Shown: piece after piece, positions 18,495 to 30,532 of the stretch
Numbering within the stretch: the first letter of the stretch is position 1
Layout of the letters: each line of letters begins with the position of its first letter
Assembly (NCBI GenBank): GCA_050014195.1
Contig: JBEKDT010000010.1
Span: 32,001 to 96,000, forward strand
DNA from: Desulfomonilia bacterium
GTDB taxonomy: Bacteria > Desulfobacterota > Desulfomonilia > UBA1062
Reading direction: 5' to 3'
Length of the DNA: 64,000 nt
Translations under genes and position numbers: made by a program
Notes under the pieces: generated by a model
What the model saw: only the letters and a program-made list of their open reading frames with translations
What the model was told of the DNA's origin: nothing
Database searches by the model: none

Positions 18495-21400
18495 TTAGTC
18501 AGATGTCCCTTTGATCCAGAAATAGCGGGTTAGGCCTGACGAAGCGTTGGTATTGTATGATCCGGTACCTTGTGAAGTACCGACAACTATGAAGGTCCCT
18601 TGCTGGGTGACAACAAGAGTCGGCTGTGAGGGTATACCGCCTCCGAGAGTTGTGCTCCTATCGGCTGGCGTAGGTGTAGCCCCTGGACCTCCCCCACTCG
18701 TCGAGCCAGTTTGATTAAATCCCGCATATACCGCTTCGCCGTTCAGATAGTTAATTGCATAGAGTCTCCCGGTGCCTGAACCAGTTCCCGTTGCGCAGCA
18801 ATCGCTCCCTGTGGAGGTTGAGGTCGGACTGAAGGTAGTGAAGTAGACTACCTGGTTAAACACGATGGGTGAAGAGACCACCTTTTCTCCTGAATTCTGA
18901 AGGGTAATGTACCAGCCAGGCCCTGTTGCCAAAGTTTGGATCAATTGCTGAATCTGGGTGCTTGTTAAAGTACCATTTTGGAGATTGTCAGCCGTCAGAT
19001 CGGTAAGATTCGAATCTGTAATGGGGGTACTGTCGCTCCAACTCACAGGCCATGTGTTGTTGATTGCATAGAACCTGTTGATCACAGTTGTATCTTCGGG
19101 GTTCTCACGGTCACCGCTGCCGATATATACCCAGTCACAGACCGTACCGTTCTCATTCACCTGTGCAACTTCCGGTGCATAGAAGAATTTCTTCAGCGTG
19201 CTGGTGGTTCCATCCTGTGGAGTAGCTGAGAAGAGCAATCTCTTCGTCCAACTGCCGTCGTAACTGCCGTTGTTCTTCTTTCTGCCGTTGAATACAAAGA
19301 GTTGTCCACCTAATGACGGAGCATAGACGGTATCATCACAACCGTCGCCGTCATTATCGTATGACATTAAATCCACCATACAGTACTGCATGCTTGAATA
19401 GTTCGTATAATTAAAATTAAATTTGCTGTCAGGACCGGTGCTGCTTGGAAGATCATACGCAAAGATAGCCCTGCCCATGCTGTCTCCCGCTCCTGGGTCT
19501 GAGAGGTCCTGGTTCGTATCATAGCCGCCGGCGATGAGAAGTACGTCGTGGGAAATCGGGTTGCCATGTGAGTCCGTGCCGGTTCTCAATTTACAGTAAT
19601 GCGGGGTGGACCAGGATTGGCCGAGCTGCTCACTTGTCGTGCCTAAAATGTTCGTTGGTATATACGAAACAAAAGTAGGCGAATTATAATTGGTGACATC
19701 GAGGATGGTATACTGATTCGTGAGATTTCCGCCTGTCGTGATGTTCAGCCCGCCTCTTCTGAGGCTGAAAGCTACATAGTCTCTATTACTACCGCTACTA
19801 CTGCTCGCATATACTACAGGCGATCCATCCACAAAGTAGTCATGATTGGTGTCCCCGGTAATATTGTAACAGGAGTTCGTGGAGGGCAGGTATTGGAGGT
19901 TAGGAAGTATACTCCAGGGGATGAATGCCCAGGACTCGGTGACAGTGTCGTCCGTCAGGGTTGTGGTATTTTGATCGTTGTCGATAAAACAATGCAAAAA
20001 CCCGTCGTTGGCGCCGGCAAAGATTACGTTCTGATGGTGTGTAGCATCATAAAGCACAGAGGGCTGCGAGTGAACGATATCGCCGAATATCCACGGGCGT
20101 GCCTTTGGATCGCCGCTATTAGAGGCATAAACACCGCTTGCAGTGGCAAAATTGATGAGATCGGCACTCTGGGTTGTCGTGGACAGACCGAGGTCGGCAG
20201 GAAGCACGTTTGTGCTGTTAAAGTTAAGCAAAGTGTTTCCGGAAGAACCTGACTTGAATGTGAGGAAGTTCCTGGCCGATTGTGTCAGCAGCTCGGCTCC
20301 AGCACCTCCCGCATTCACCACCATGCCATCGCCTCCGGATACGGGAACCCATGCGGATTGCGCGGTACCCAATATATTCCCGTTTGTATCGGTTGCCGGA
20401 TTCCCGTTTACATCCAGAATCTGCCCGGTCTCGCTATAACCGAACTTTTTAATGTTCCCCATCCAGACTCCAGGGGAGTTTGCATTAGGCAAAAAGAGCC
20501 CCAGGTAAATGGCATCATTGGCATAAGTCTTATTGGCTCTGCTCACGGGCACAACAGGGGCAACGTATTGGGAATTGGTTGTCAGTATATTGGTGATGAT
20601 AGTTTGAAAGACATTCTGGAGTGAGAGATTGCCCGATGCTTCGAAATACTGGCCCCGGCCATGGTTGGAATCAGCAGTCATCATCAGTGCTGAACGTCCG
20701 AAATCCGTAAAGCCTGCCCCGAATCCGATGGTATAGGTGACGATGTGCTGCTTTGGAAACTGGCTGTTGTCGAAGGGGCCACCGTTCGCATCATTGATGT
20801 TTGGCAGAAGGTCAGTTTCGTAGAGGAATTTGGCTACATCCGGCAGGTAGAAGCTCCCGCTATCGGAAGTGCTTTGCGGGATCGTCCCCACTTGATTAGG
20901 ATTAGAGACAAGATCATAGAATTGAGTAGTTGGATCAAGTGTATGGGTGCCATCATAAGAATAATTCGGAATGTATTGCCCGTTTAAATAAGGGCTGGCT
21001 GTAATGGTACTGTGGTGCGTGCTGCAATTGTTGATACCACCGAAAAAACTAGGGCTGGGAATACTATAGTCGGATGCGCAGATGCCGTTATCATGGGTCG
21101 AATCGCCATCCGTCATGATGATGACAAAGTTTTTCTGGCATCTCCACATAATCGCAGGAGGCACTATGGATGGGTTGCTCGGGTTCCAGACTGTACTATA
21201 CGTTCCTGTAGAATAGTCCGACGGATAGTTGGAGCTGTAATTAGAGCCGGTGTTGGACCACGATTTCTGTCGGGCAAAGTAGAGTCCTGCTTCCGCCAGG
21301 GTCTCAGCAAGAGGTGTCCATGTCTGCGCGGTTAATGAGTTTATCGTGTTCTCCAGAGTTGCTATGTTGGAGCTCCAGTCTTGACATGGCGCCACCAACA

Positions 21401-22112
21401 CACCGCCATGGTCTTGGTTACCGCTGGGATTGTAGGTCATCAATCCCCAACGCACACCAGTAGTGGCATTAATGAGGTTGCAGATGGTCTTTTGCGCGAT
21501 ATGGATCTTGGTGTCATACTCTGCATTATTGTTAGCTTGATTGGCTACGTAATAATTGACATAATTCCCTGTTGCAATGGTATATGATGTCGAAGGTAAT
21601 GATATCGTCGTATTTCCGTGGCTGGTTGTTATGGAACAGAAATAAGGAGAAGTCTTGCTTATTTTCCCGATATACTCTCCGGTCGAGCCGGTAAGATTAT
21701 TGTATGCTGTTGTCGCGTTAGATTTGGCAGTGTTACAATTAGTGCTATTTGAGCCGCTTGAACCGGCACAAGCATTCACGATTGTTTGATAAGCGCCTTG
21801 AATATTGCTCAAAGTTACTTGCGGTGATCCAAACGCCGACCAACTGCTGCCATTCTGATAATAGATCAAATTGGTGCTGTAGCTACCCGTATAGGTTGTG
21901 CTTGAGTTATAGGGAGCCATGGGTTGCCAGCCCGGGACTTGAATGGTGTCTCCCATACTTCCCGAATTGTCGAAAATGATAAGGACATTCGGAGGGATAT
22001 CGACTACACCGCCGCCGAAGACATCCGTATCTTCTGCGTATATTCTATCCGGAACAAACCAGAGAAAACAGAGAACGCCAAGTACTATGGCTATCCTATG
22101 CATATTGAGCAT
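18495..22112 (-). CDS. pilY1: Type IV pilus tip adhesin PilY1/PilC (vWA + beta-propeller)
   Basis: Signal peptide; vWA NVLIIFDNSGSM, WTPLAETL and IIMTDG; propeller FGDIVHSQP, GANDGFLHCF, YFVDGSP, LGQSWSTP, GGYD, YIGSGDRENP, GWYITL, GEKV and VYFTTF. ATG 22112 follows GGAG (alternative 22145). Confidence 0.92.
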   Translation of the reverse strand: MLNMHRIAIVLGVLCFLWFVPDRIYAEDTDVFGGGVVDIPPNVLIIFDNSGSMGDTIQVPGWQPMAPYNSSTTYTGSYSTNLIYYQNGSSWSAFGSPQVTLSNIQGAYQTIVNACAGSSGSNSTNCNTAKSNATTAYNNLTGSTGEYIGKISKTSPYFCSITTSHGNTTISLPSTSYTIATGNYVNYYVANQANNNAEYDTKIHIAQKTICNLINATTGVRWGLMTYNPSGNQDHGGVLVAPCQDWSSNIATLENTINSLTAQTWTPLAETLAEAGLYFARQKSWSNTGSNYSSNYPSDYSTGTYSTVWNPSNPSIVPPAIMWRCQKNFVIIMTDGDSTHDNGICASDYSIPSPSFFGGINNCSTHHSTITASPYLNGQYIPNYSYDGTHTLDPTTQFYDLVSNPNQVGTIPQSTSDSGSFYLPDVAKFLYETDLLPNINDANGGPFDNSQFPKQHIVTYTIGFGAGFTDFGRSALMMTADSNHGRGQYFEASGNLSLQNVFQTIITNILTTNSQYVAPVVPVSRANKTYANDAIYLGLFLPNANSPGVWMGNIKKFGYSETGQILDVNGNPATDTNGNILGTAQSAWVPVSGGDGMVVNAGGAGAELLTQSARNFLTFKSGSSGNTLLNFNSTNVLPADLGLSTTTQSADLINFATASGVYASNSGDPKARPWIFGDIVHSQPSVLYDATHHQNVIFAGANDGFLHCFIDNDQNTTTLTDDTVTESWAFIPWSILPNLQYLPSTNSCYNITGDTNHDYFVDGSPVVYASSSSGSNRDYVAFSLRRGGLNITTGGNLTNQYTILDVTNYNSPTFVSYIPTNILGTTSEQLGQSWSTPHYCKLRTGTDSHGNPISHDVLLIAGGYDTNQDLSDPGAGDSMGRAIFAYDLPSSTGPDSKFNFNYTNYSSMQYCMVDLMSYDNDGDGCDDTVYAPSLGGQLFVFNGRKKNNGSYDGSWTKRLLFSATPQDGTTSTLKKFFYAPEVAQVNENGTVCDWVYIGSGDRENPEDTTVINRFYAINNTWPVSWSDSTPITDSNLTDLTADNLQNGTLTSTQIQQLIQTLATGPGWYITLQNSGEKVVSSPIVFNQVVYFTTFSPTSTSTGSDCCATGTGSGTGRLYAINYLNGEAVYAGFNQTGSTSGGGPGATPTPADRSTTLGGGIPSQPTLVVTQQGTFIVVGTSQGTGSYNTNASSGLTRYFWIKGTSD

Positions 22113-22270
22113 ATCTCCGCTCCTTTTCGTTTTTATGCTTATCATTTATTGCTATATAATGAGCGAGCATACCTATTCACACTTTAAGATATTTCGGCAG
22201 ATAACACGGTTATCATGAGGATTACAAATTTGATGGTTTACGGAGAGAGCTTGGCTTTATAATTTAAACA

Positions 22271-23383
22271 TTATGGATTGAGGATGTGTATATATGCCAT
22301 GTCACCTTCTACCATCATATCGGCCTGGGCGATCTGTTTTTGCTTGAGGCCGTCGAGGATATCCTGGAGGCTGCCTTTGATCTGGATGGTATGACAGATG
22401 GCATGACCCTGAATGCTGGAAACAGTGATCTTGGTAATTGCATCCATGGAACGAAGTGCGTTCATCATGGACTGATAGGTATCATAATCCTTGATATTTT
22501 CAATACATAGCCCTTTCTCATTCAATACAGGGCGTATGACTACCACCTTTTTAACGATCTCCGATCTTATCTGGTCAAGGATTGCTGTGATCAAAAGCTC
22601 GTTCATGGTTTTAACATCAACAGTGCCTTTGAAGGTTATGACGGAACTAAAAAGACATTGCTTTGTCTTGACGTCGATAAGCGAGATATCCATACGTGAT
22701 TCAATATTAATTGAATCAGCAGATTTATGAGTTACAGATCCGGTAATGACAAGGCTGGCGCCCGAAATCGATGCCAAAGAAAGGGCCCGTTCAGGCCCGG
22801 CAGGCAACACAGCGATGCGCTGGGGAACGTCGGATATATTCTCGCCTGCATTCTTAAGCCGTAAGGCAAGCTGTGTCTCAAAGGGGGAATATCCCTTGGA
22901 TTTAGTTGCAGACCACCATTCATATCGTTCGGCCGGTCCGGGTCCGCGGGTTGTTATGGCGAGAAGGATTAAAGGTCTCAGTCCAAGAGGTGTTGTAAAC
23001 GTCTGCGTCTGGAGCCATTCCTTCAGAGGAGTGTCATTTATTTTGAGATCCAGGCTTAGGTTAAGGACATTATCCTGTTGAGAACGCGACACTATCTGAT
23101 ATTGGAGGATGTCTTGGGTCCCTCGTGAGGCGACAAAACCTTTGAGCTTCTGTGCAAGATCGACAGAAGAGCTTCCCGGTACTTGCCTGAGGGCTAAATC
23201 AAGATACGCCTTGTAAAATGCATCTTCAAAAGCGATCTTCTCAGCTTGTGATATATTTCCGCCGGTTATGGCGCTTATGCCGGATACACTCAGCGACACT
23301 TCTGCACGTGCGGGGCTGACGCTGGAAAATACTGCGAGGATCAGCCAGAAAACCCCGCACGTACTAAGGCGGGAGATGCTCAT
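22271..23383 (-). CDS. Exported hypothetical protein (DUF2066/FlgT-like architecture)
   Basis: Signal peptide ..SPARA|E, AEKIAFEDA helix; start overlaps the hfq stop (ATGA). Confidence 0.7.
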   Translation of the reverse strand: MSISRLSTCGVFWLILAVFSSVSPARAEVSLSVSGISAITGGNISQAEKIAFEDAFYKAYLDLALRQVPGSSSVDLAQKLKGFVASRGTQDILQYQIVSRSQQDNVLNLSLDLKINDTPLKEWLQTQTFTTPLGLRPLILLAITTRGPGPAERYEWWSATKSKGYSPFETQLALRLKNAGENISDVPQRIAVLPAGPERALSLASISGASLVITGSVTHKSADSINIESRMDISLIDVKTKQCLFSSVITFKGTVDVKTMNELLITAILDQIRSEIVKKVVVIRPVLNEKGLCIENIKDYDTYQSMMNALRSMDAITKITVSSIQGHAICHTIQIKGSLQDILDGLKQKQIAQADMMVEGDMAYIHILNP

Positions 23384-23616
23384 CCTGCAAGGAAATCTTT
23401 CAGCTTGGAATTGATCTCTGCCGGTTCAATCCGTCCCACTGCATGCTTATAAATGAGGATAGGCTTCTCGGTCTGAATTAATATACAGAAAGGGTCAAAA
23501 CTCTTCACAAATCCTTCTACCTTTGTATTGTCTACGAGGGTAACTATGATGGGAACCCTTTCCTTCCGTGCCTGATTCAGAAACTGGTCCTGTACGTTAA
23601 ACACAACTTTTCCCAT
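23380..23616 (-). CDS. hfq: RNA chaperone Hfq
   Basis: NVQDQFLNQARKE, G.VKSFDPF and LIYKHAV; strong AAGGAGG RBS. Confidence 0.93.
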   Translation of the reverse strand: MGKVVFNVQDQFLNQARKERVPIIVTLVDNTKVEGFVKSFDPFCILIQTEKPILIYKHAVGRIEPAEINSKLKDFLAG

Positions 23617-23685
23617 TACAACCTCCTTATGGCGAGGGATCCACTCGTTATAACAACCATTTGTATGTTGTGCTTGTATTCCTAA

Positions 23686-25845
<2,160 letters not shown>

Positions 25846-25849
25846 TGCT

Positions 25850-26125
25850 ATGAATGCCCTTCATTTAATAATCCATGGGAGGGTACAAGGTGTATGGTTC
25901 AGGGCATCAACTCAAGAGGTTGCGAATCAGCTCGAAATAAAAGGATGGGTACGTAACACACCCGACGGTGCTGTTGAAGCCCATATTCAAGGGGAAGATT
26001 CGTCCGTTGAAAAGATGCTCTCCTGGTGCTATCAGGGTCCTCCGGGTGCCAGGATTGATCATATTGATATCAAAAAAGTGAACCCGGATAAGGAATACAA
26101 GGCCTTTACCATACGTTATTACTGA
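25850..26125 (+). CDS. acyP: Acylphosphatase
   Basis: GRVQGVWFR, GWVRN and GPPGA; AAGGAGG RBS upstream of ATG 25850. Confidence 0.93.
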   Translation: MNALHLIIHGRVQGVWFRASTQEVANQLEIKGWVRNTPDGAVEAHIQGEDSSVEKMLSWCYQGPPGARIDHIDIKKVNPDKEYKAFTIRYY

Positions 26126-26174
26126 TCTTATTTCATGCTTGCATAAGATAAACCTTTAGTATAATGAAAATGCG

Positions 26175-26213
26175 CTCCTTGCTCCTAAATGGGGCTACAA
26201 AACCACAAGGAGG
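26175..26213 (+). promoter_or_regulatory. Putative S6:S18 ribosomal-protein leader (SD-sequestering hairpin) upstream of rpsF
   Basis: CTCCTTG (26175-26181) pairs with CAAGGAG (26206-26212), which contains the SD; inner stem GCTCC-TAAAT-GGGGC. TATAAT at 26160-26165 lies just upstream. Confidence 0.65.
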
Positions 26214-26218
26214 AATTC

Positions 26219-26590
26219 ATGAATCTCTATGAGATTATGTTTATCTTAAACCCCGATATCGGGGAAGATGAACGGGAAAAGCTGACCACCCGCCTGAAGA
26301 CAATCATCAGCAAGAACAAGGGCGACATCATCCGCTTTGACGACTTAGGCTTCAAGAGTCTTACATACAAGATCAAAAAGAAATCGCGCGGGCAGTATTT
26401 CCTTATCAACCTGGAAGGCCCCGGATCCATGATCGCCGAGATCGAGAGATTCCTGCGGATCGATGAAAATGTAATTCGATTCGTAGTCGTGAAACTCGAC
26501 AAGCACGTTTCAAGACAGGACCTTGAGCCGAAGGTTGAGCCGCAGCCCGAGGCAGCACCAGCACCAGAACAGGGGGAGGTAGGAGCCTAA
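26219..26590 (+). CDS. rpsF: 30S ribosomal protein S6
   Basis: [20 protein letters not shown] and RIDENVIRF. Confidence 0.96.
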   Translation: MNLYEIMFILNPDIGEDEREKLTTRLKTIISKNKGDIIRFDDLGFKSLTYKIKKKSRGQYFLINLEGPGSMIAEIERFLRIDENVIRFVVVKLDKHVSRQDLEPKVEPQPEAAPAPEQGEVGA

Positions 26591-26591
26591 C

Positions 26592-26852
26592 ATGCAGGAC
26601 AGACCGCCAAGAACTCAAACAGGTAGCAAACAGAAGCCGTACTATAAGAGGAAGACGTGCAGGTTCTGCGAAGAGAAGACGCTGCCCATCGATTACAAGG
26701 CACCTCATATACTTAAAGACTTCATCACTGAACGGGGAAAGATCTTGCCGAGACGTATAACAGGCACCTGTGCGCATCACCAGAAGAAATTGGCCACGGA
26801 GATCAAGAGGGCCAGGATAATGGCCCTTATTCCCTTCACCGTGCACGATTAG
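26592..26852 (+). CDS. rpsR: 30S ribosomal protein S18 (Zn-binding C+ type)
   Basis: [26 protein letters not shown] and [12 protein letters not shown]. Confidence 0.97.
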   Translation: MQDRPPRTQTGSKQKPYYKRKTCRFCEEKTLPIDYKAPHILKDFITERGKILPRRITGTCAHHQKKLATEIKRARIMALIPFTVHD

Positions 26853-26856
26853 CGAC

Positions 26857-27777
26857 ATGCCCTTCTTGGGTGGAGACAGGTGGTTCCCGTGGATCGTCAC
26901 GGGGATGTTCCTACTCTTCTCTTTTTTGATTATCACCGCAACCGAGGTAGCCTTGCCTGCCGCAGTTATTTATCCTGCTATGTACTGTTTTTTTGCAGAA
27001 CGGGTACCGCTGCGATGGCCTGTACTAATCGCGTGTGTCCCTTTAGTGCTGTCGATAATTCCAGCCTACTCATTTGGTGCCTCGCTCTACGCTGTCATCC
27101 TCATTTCTGCACTCATAATGTATCTCTATCTTAAGAGAGGAAGCATAGGTCTTGCCGTAGCAGCACCATCCTTACTGATTTTTATAATGGTTACTGCAAG
27201 CTTTGTCGTGATGTCTTATACGAGCGGACTGGATGTGGAAAAAGTTCTGACCAGATGGGCTGCAGAAGTGATAAGCCAGATGAAGAAGTTCTCTGAAGGG
27301 GCCCTTTCTTCTTCCGAACTATTCGAATTTAGAGAAAAATTGCCTATCTTCCAAGAAAGGCTTGTAACCCTTTTCCCCTCCATTGTAATAACAAGCGCTG
27401 CAATAATCATGTGGATAAATCTGCTTATTATAAAATGGAGATACAAGGCGATATCAATTCGAGAATGGAAAAGCCCTGACTGGGTTGTTGCCTTTTTTAT
27501 CCTTGCCGGATTGCTGACTCTCGTTCAGGAAAAATATGTTCAGGCAATAGGGCTTAATCTTTTAGTAATTGTGGGGCAGGTATACTTCTTTCAGGGCCTT
27601 GCTATAATCTCTGTTTTCATGGATGTACGCAAATGGCCTGGAATAATTCGATGGCCTATTTACATTTTAATCTTGATCCAAATATATATGATGGTTATTG
27701 TAGCCGGATTCGGTCTGTTTGATACCTGGTTTGACTTCAGGAAAAGGATACGAACACCAAAAGGAGATATGCAATGA
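26857..27777 (+). CDS. YybS/DUF2232 family membrane protein
   Basis: Multi-TM; YFFQGLAII and GLFDTWFDFRK; conserved position between rpsR and rplI. Confidence 0.88.
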   Translation: MPFLGGDRWFPWIVTGMFLLFSFLIITATEVALPAAVIYPAMYCFFAERVPLRWPVLIACVPLVLSIIPAYSFGASLYAVILISALIMYLYLKRGSIGLAVAAPSLLIFIMVTASFVVMSYTSGLDVEKVLTRWAAEVISQMKKFSEGALSSSELFEFREKLPIFQERLVTLFPSIVITSAAIIMWINLLIIKWRYKAISIREWKSPDWVVAFFILAGLLTLVQEKYVQAIGLNLLVIVGQVYFFQGLAIISVFMDVRKWPGIIRWPIYILILIQIYMMVIVAGFGLFDTWFDFRKRIRTPKGDMQ

Positions 27778-28229
27778 AGGTAGTACTCTTAGAGACGATC
27801 GACGGCATGGGAAGCGTTGGCCAAGAGGTGAAGGTAAAAGACGGCTATGCAAGGAATTTTCTCATTCCAAGAGGTATGGCATTGCTGGCAACCGATACCA
27901 ACCTTAAGGCCTTTAAGGACAAGATCCAGGCACGCATCCGGGCAGAGGCAAAGACAAAGGACCATGCAGCGAAGCTTGCCGAAGAGCTTTCATCAATTGC
28001 CCTGAAATTCACGGTTAAGGTAGGTCAGGAAGGCAAGTTATTCGGCTCAGTTACGAATGCAGATATTTTTGATGCCCTCAACGATAAGGGATTCGAAGTG
28101 GACAAGAAGAAGATCGTCCTGGCCGAGCCGATAAGGCATGTGGGCACACACGAAGTCGCTGTTAGGCTTTATCCGGAAGTGACTGCACATATAAAGGTGG
28201 AGGTGGTCCCAGAGCCACAAGGCGAGTAA
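27774..28229 (+). CDS. rplI: 50S ribosomal protein L9
   Basis: MKVVLL, VKDGYARNFLIP and GKLFGSVT. Confidence 0.97.
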   Translation: MKVVLLETIDGMGSVGQEVKVKDGYARNFLIPRGMALLATDTNLKAFKDKIQARIRAEAKTKDHAAKLAEELSSIALKFTVKVGQEGKLFGSVTNADIFDALNDKGFEVDKKKIVLAEPIRHVGTHEVAVRLYPEVTAHIKVEVVPEPQGE

Positions 28230-28230
28230 G

Positions 28231-29580
28231 ATGGATTCTTCGCCGGTTTCTCCTCCCCATAGCAGGGAGGCCGAAGAATATATACTCGGCGGGGTTCTCC
28301 TGGAGAACTCTTCGCTTGACACAATTGCGGAGATCATCTCTCCGGAAGACTTCTATGCAGAGCGAAACCGGATCATCTTCGAGGAGATGATCCACCTCAT
28401 GGACAAGGGTCTCCCCATTGACCTCGTTTCGCTCACCGAGTCCATCGAGCAAAAAGGAAGGCTGGATAAGGTTGGTGGCGCGTCCTATATATCTCAACTT
28501 GCCGATAATATCCCAACTACCGCAAACATTGAATATTATGCTCAGCTCGTCAGAGACAAATCCATCCTCAGGTCATTGATTACGGGTGCGGGAGAGATCA
28601 TTAAATCCGTCAGGACACACGCCGGAGAGGTCTCTGATGTTCTGGACATTGCCGAGCAGATCATTTATGCCATAAACAAGCAGGTAAAGGACAAGAAAGG
28701 CGGCCTCACCAGGATCGGCGTGCCTTTGCATGATCTCTATCACAACCTAAGCCGCATGGCTAAAGGCGAGATCGACCAGGGTGTGGTTCCTTCAGGGTTT
28801 AATGATCTTGACCAACAGTTGCTTGGAGGGCTCCATAAGTCCGACCTTATTATTGTTGCCGGTCGGCCTTCTATGGGAAAAACCTCCCTTGCCATGAATA
28901 TCGCACAATATGTTGCCGTCACCGAACAGCTACCCGTAGCGGTCTTTTCTCTTGAAATGGGCATAGAACAGCTCGTGCTGAGGATGCTGGCGTCTGAGGC
29001 CTGGATCAACCAGAGCCATGTTCGTTCCGCTTCATCATTGTCCATGCTCAAAAAGGAAGATTGGAGTAAACTTCTTCAGGCCTCCGGAAAGCTTTCGGAA
29101 GCGCCCCTGTATATTGACGATACCCCTGGGATATCCCCCATGGAGATCAGGGCCAAGATGCGCAGGCTTGTATCTCAGGAGAACGTGCGGTTGGTGGTGG
29201 TGGATTATCTTCAGCTTATGGCTATTAAAGGCAGGACCGACTCTCGGGAACAGGAGATATCCGAGATATCACGAACACTGAAATCTATTGCCAAGGAATT
29301 CAACATCCCGGTCATCGCCATTAGCCAGCTCAACCGAAGAGTTGAGGAGCGGTCAGATAAAAAGCCCATGATGTCCGATCTCAGGGAATCAGGAGCCATC
29401 GAGCAGGATGCGGATGTGATCTGCTTCATCTACCGCGATGATGTATATAACCCCGACAGTCCGGAGAAAGGTATAGCCGAGATTATTGTAGCAAAACATA
29501 GGAACGGACCAACAGGGACCATCAAGCTCAAATGGTGGCCGGAATACACTAAATTCGACGAGCTTGACCTGAGGCATTAA
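28231..29580 (+). CDS. dnaB: Replicative DNA helicase
   Basis: PPHSREAE, AGRPSMGKT, FSLEM, DYLQLM, SQLNR, DLRESGAIEQDAD and KHRNGPTG. No intein. Confidence 0.98.
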   Translation: MDSSPVSPPHSREAEEYILGGVLLENSSLDTIAEIISPEDFYAERNRIIFEEMIHLMDKGLPIDLVSLTESIEQKGRLDKVGGASYISQLADNIPTTANIEYYAQLVRDKSILRSLITGAGEIIKSVRTHAGEVSDVLDIAEQIIYAINKQVKDKKGGLTRIGVPLHDLYHNLSRMAKGEIDQGVVPSGFNDLDQQLLGGLHKSDLIIVAGRPSMGKTSLAMNIAQYVAVTEQLPVAVFSLEMGIEQLVLRMLASEAWINQSHVRSASSLSMLKKEDWSKLLQASGKLSEAPLYIDDTPGISPMEIRAKMRRLVSQENVRLVVVDYLQLMAIKGRTDSREQEISEISRTLKSIAKEFNIPVIAISQLNRRVEERSDKKPMMSDLRESGAIEQDADVICFIYRDDVYNPDSPEKGIAEIIVAKHRNGPTGTIKLKWWPEYTKFDELDLRH

Positions 29581-29602
29581 TGCCCCAGGCTTCGCTTGAG
29601 AG

Positions 29603-30361
29603 TTAGAACTTTTTCCTCCGCATCGGATACTCGTGCCCTATATGAAGGTCTTCAGAAAGGATTGAGTGCTGTTTATCGATAGCATCCCGGATCCTTTGTA
29701 AAGACCTCATCTCAATTTGACGGACACGCTCTCTGGTAACACCGATCAGATTCGCGATATCTTTAAGGGTGGCCGGCGGATCACTGAAAAACCTCTTTTC
29801 GATGATGAACACCTCCCGCTTACTTAAGATGGGTGGGTCAGATCGCAAGAGGTTCAGCAAATAGGTATGCCGTTCCTTGTATGAGTAGAAATCGTCCTGG
29901 TCGGGCCCTTCGTACAGAAGGTGATCCAGCAGGCTTTCCTCATGTTCGGCATCAATGGCAACAGTGCAGTCCAGCGAGACAAGGCCTTTGGCATGGGTGA
30001 GCCTTCCTGTATGCACTTGGTAGCTCTTGTGGATGAAATTTTTGATGTAGGCCTTAATCCACCATATGCCATAGCAGATGAAACGCACACCCATATCCGG
30101 ATCAAAGCGGGTTAGGGCCTTGACAAGACCCATGTTCCCCTCCTGCACGACCTCGAGCGGACCGTAACCAAGGTGGAAATACGGCTGGGCAATCTTCACT
30201 ACAAAACGTAAGTTCGAAGTGATGATATTCTTGCCAGAATCAATGTCGCCCTTTTTGTATTTCCGAGCTAGATCCAACTCTTCTTCCGGGGTGAGGAGGG
30301 AGTAGTCTTTGATCTTTCGGGTGTAGATCTCGAAATCCGAAGACGGATATCTGCTTCCCAT
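29603..30361 (-). CDS. RpoH-like sigma-70 family factor lacking most of region 3 and the RpoH box
   Basis: Region 1.2 LLTPEEE, region 2 NLRFVVKIA, QEGNMGL, RFDP, WWIKAYI; region 4 TLKDIANLIGVTRERVRQIE. ATG 30361 follows GGAGG. Confidence 0.88.
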   Translation of the reverse strand: MGSRYPSSDFEIYTRKIKDYSLLTPEEELDLARKYKKGDIDSGKNIITSNLRFVVKIAQPYFHLGYGPLEVVQEGNMGLVKALTRFDPDMGVRFICYGIWWIKAYIKNFIHKSYQVHTGRLTHAKGLVSLDCTVAIDAEHEESLLDHLLYEGPDQDDFYSYKERHTYLLNLLRSDPPILSKREVFIIEKRFFSDPPATLKDIANLIGVTRERVRQIEMRSLQRIRDAIDKQHSILSEDLHIGHEYPMRRKKF

Positions 30362-30532
30362 AGACCCTCCCGAAACTGGGATAGTACAGTTTAGCCCATA
30401 TCTTCCACAAAAGTCAAGTACAATAGTCTGCAACAAGAAATGATTATTAAAAACAAACAATAATTAAAAGACATTAAACAAAGTTAATAGAAAACAAGCA
30501 GATATCCTAAGTTTCACACATTGAGACCTCAT

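Noticed and set aside
26219-29580. rpsF-rpsR without ssb and with yybS before rplI-dnaB
   Set aside because: A known, ordinary gene order in this group.
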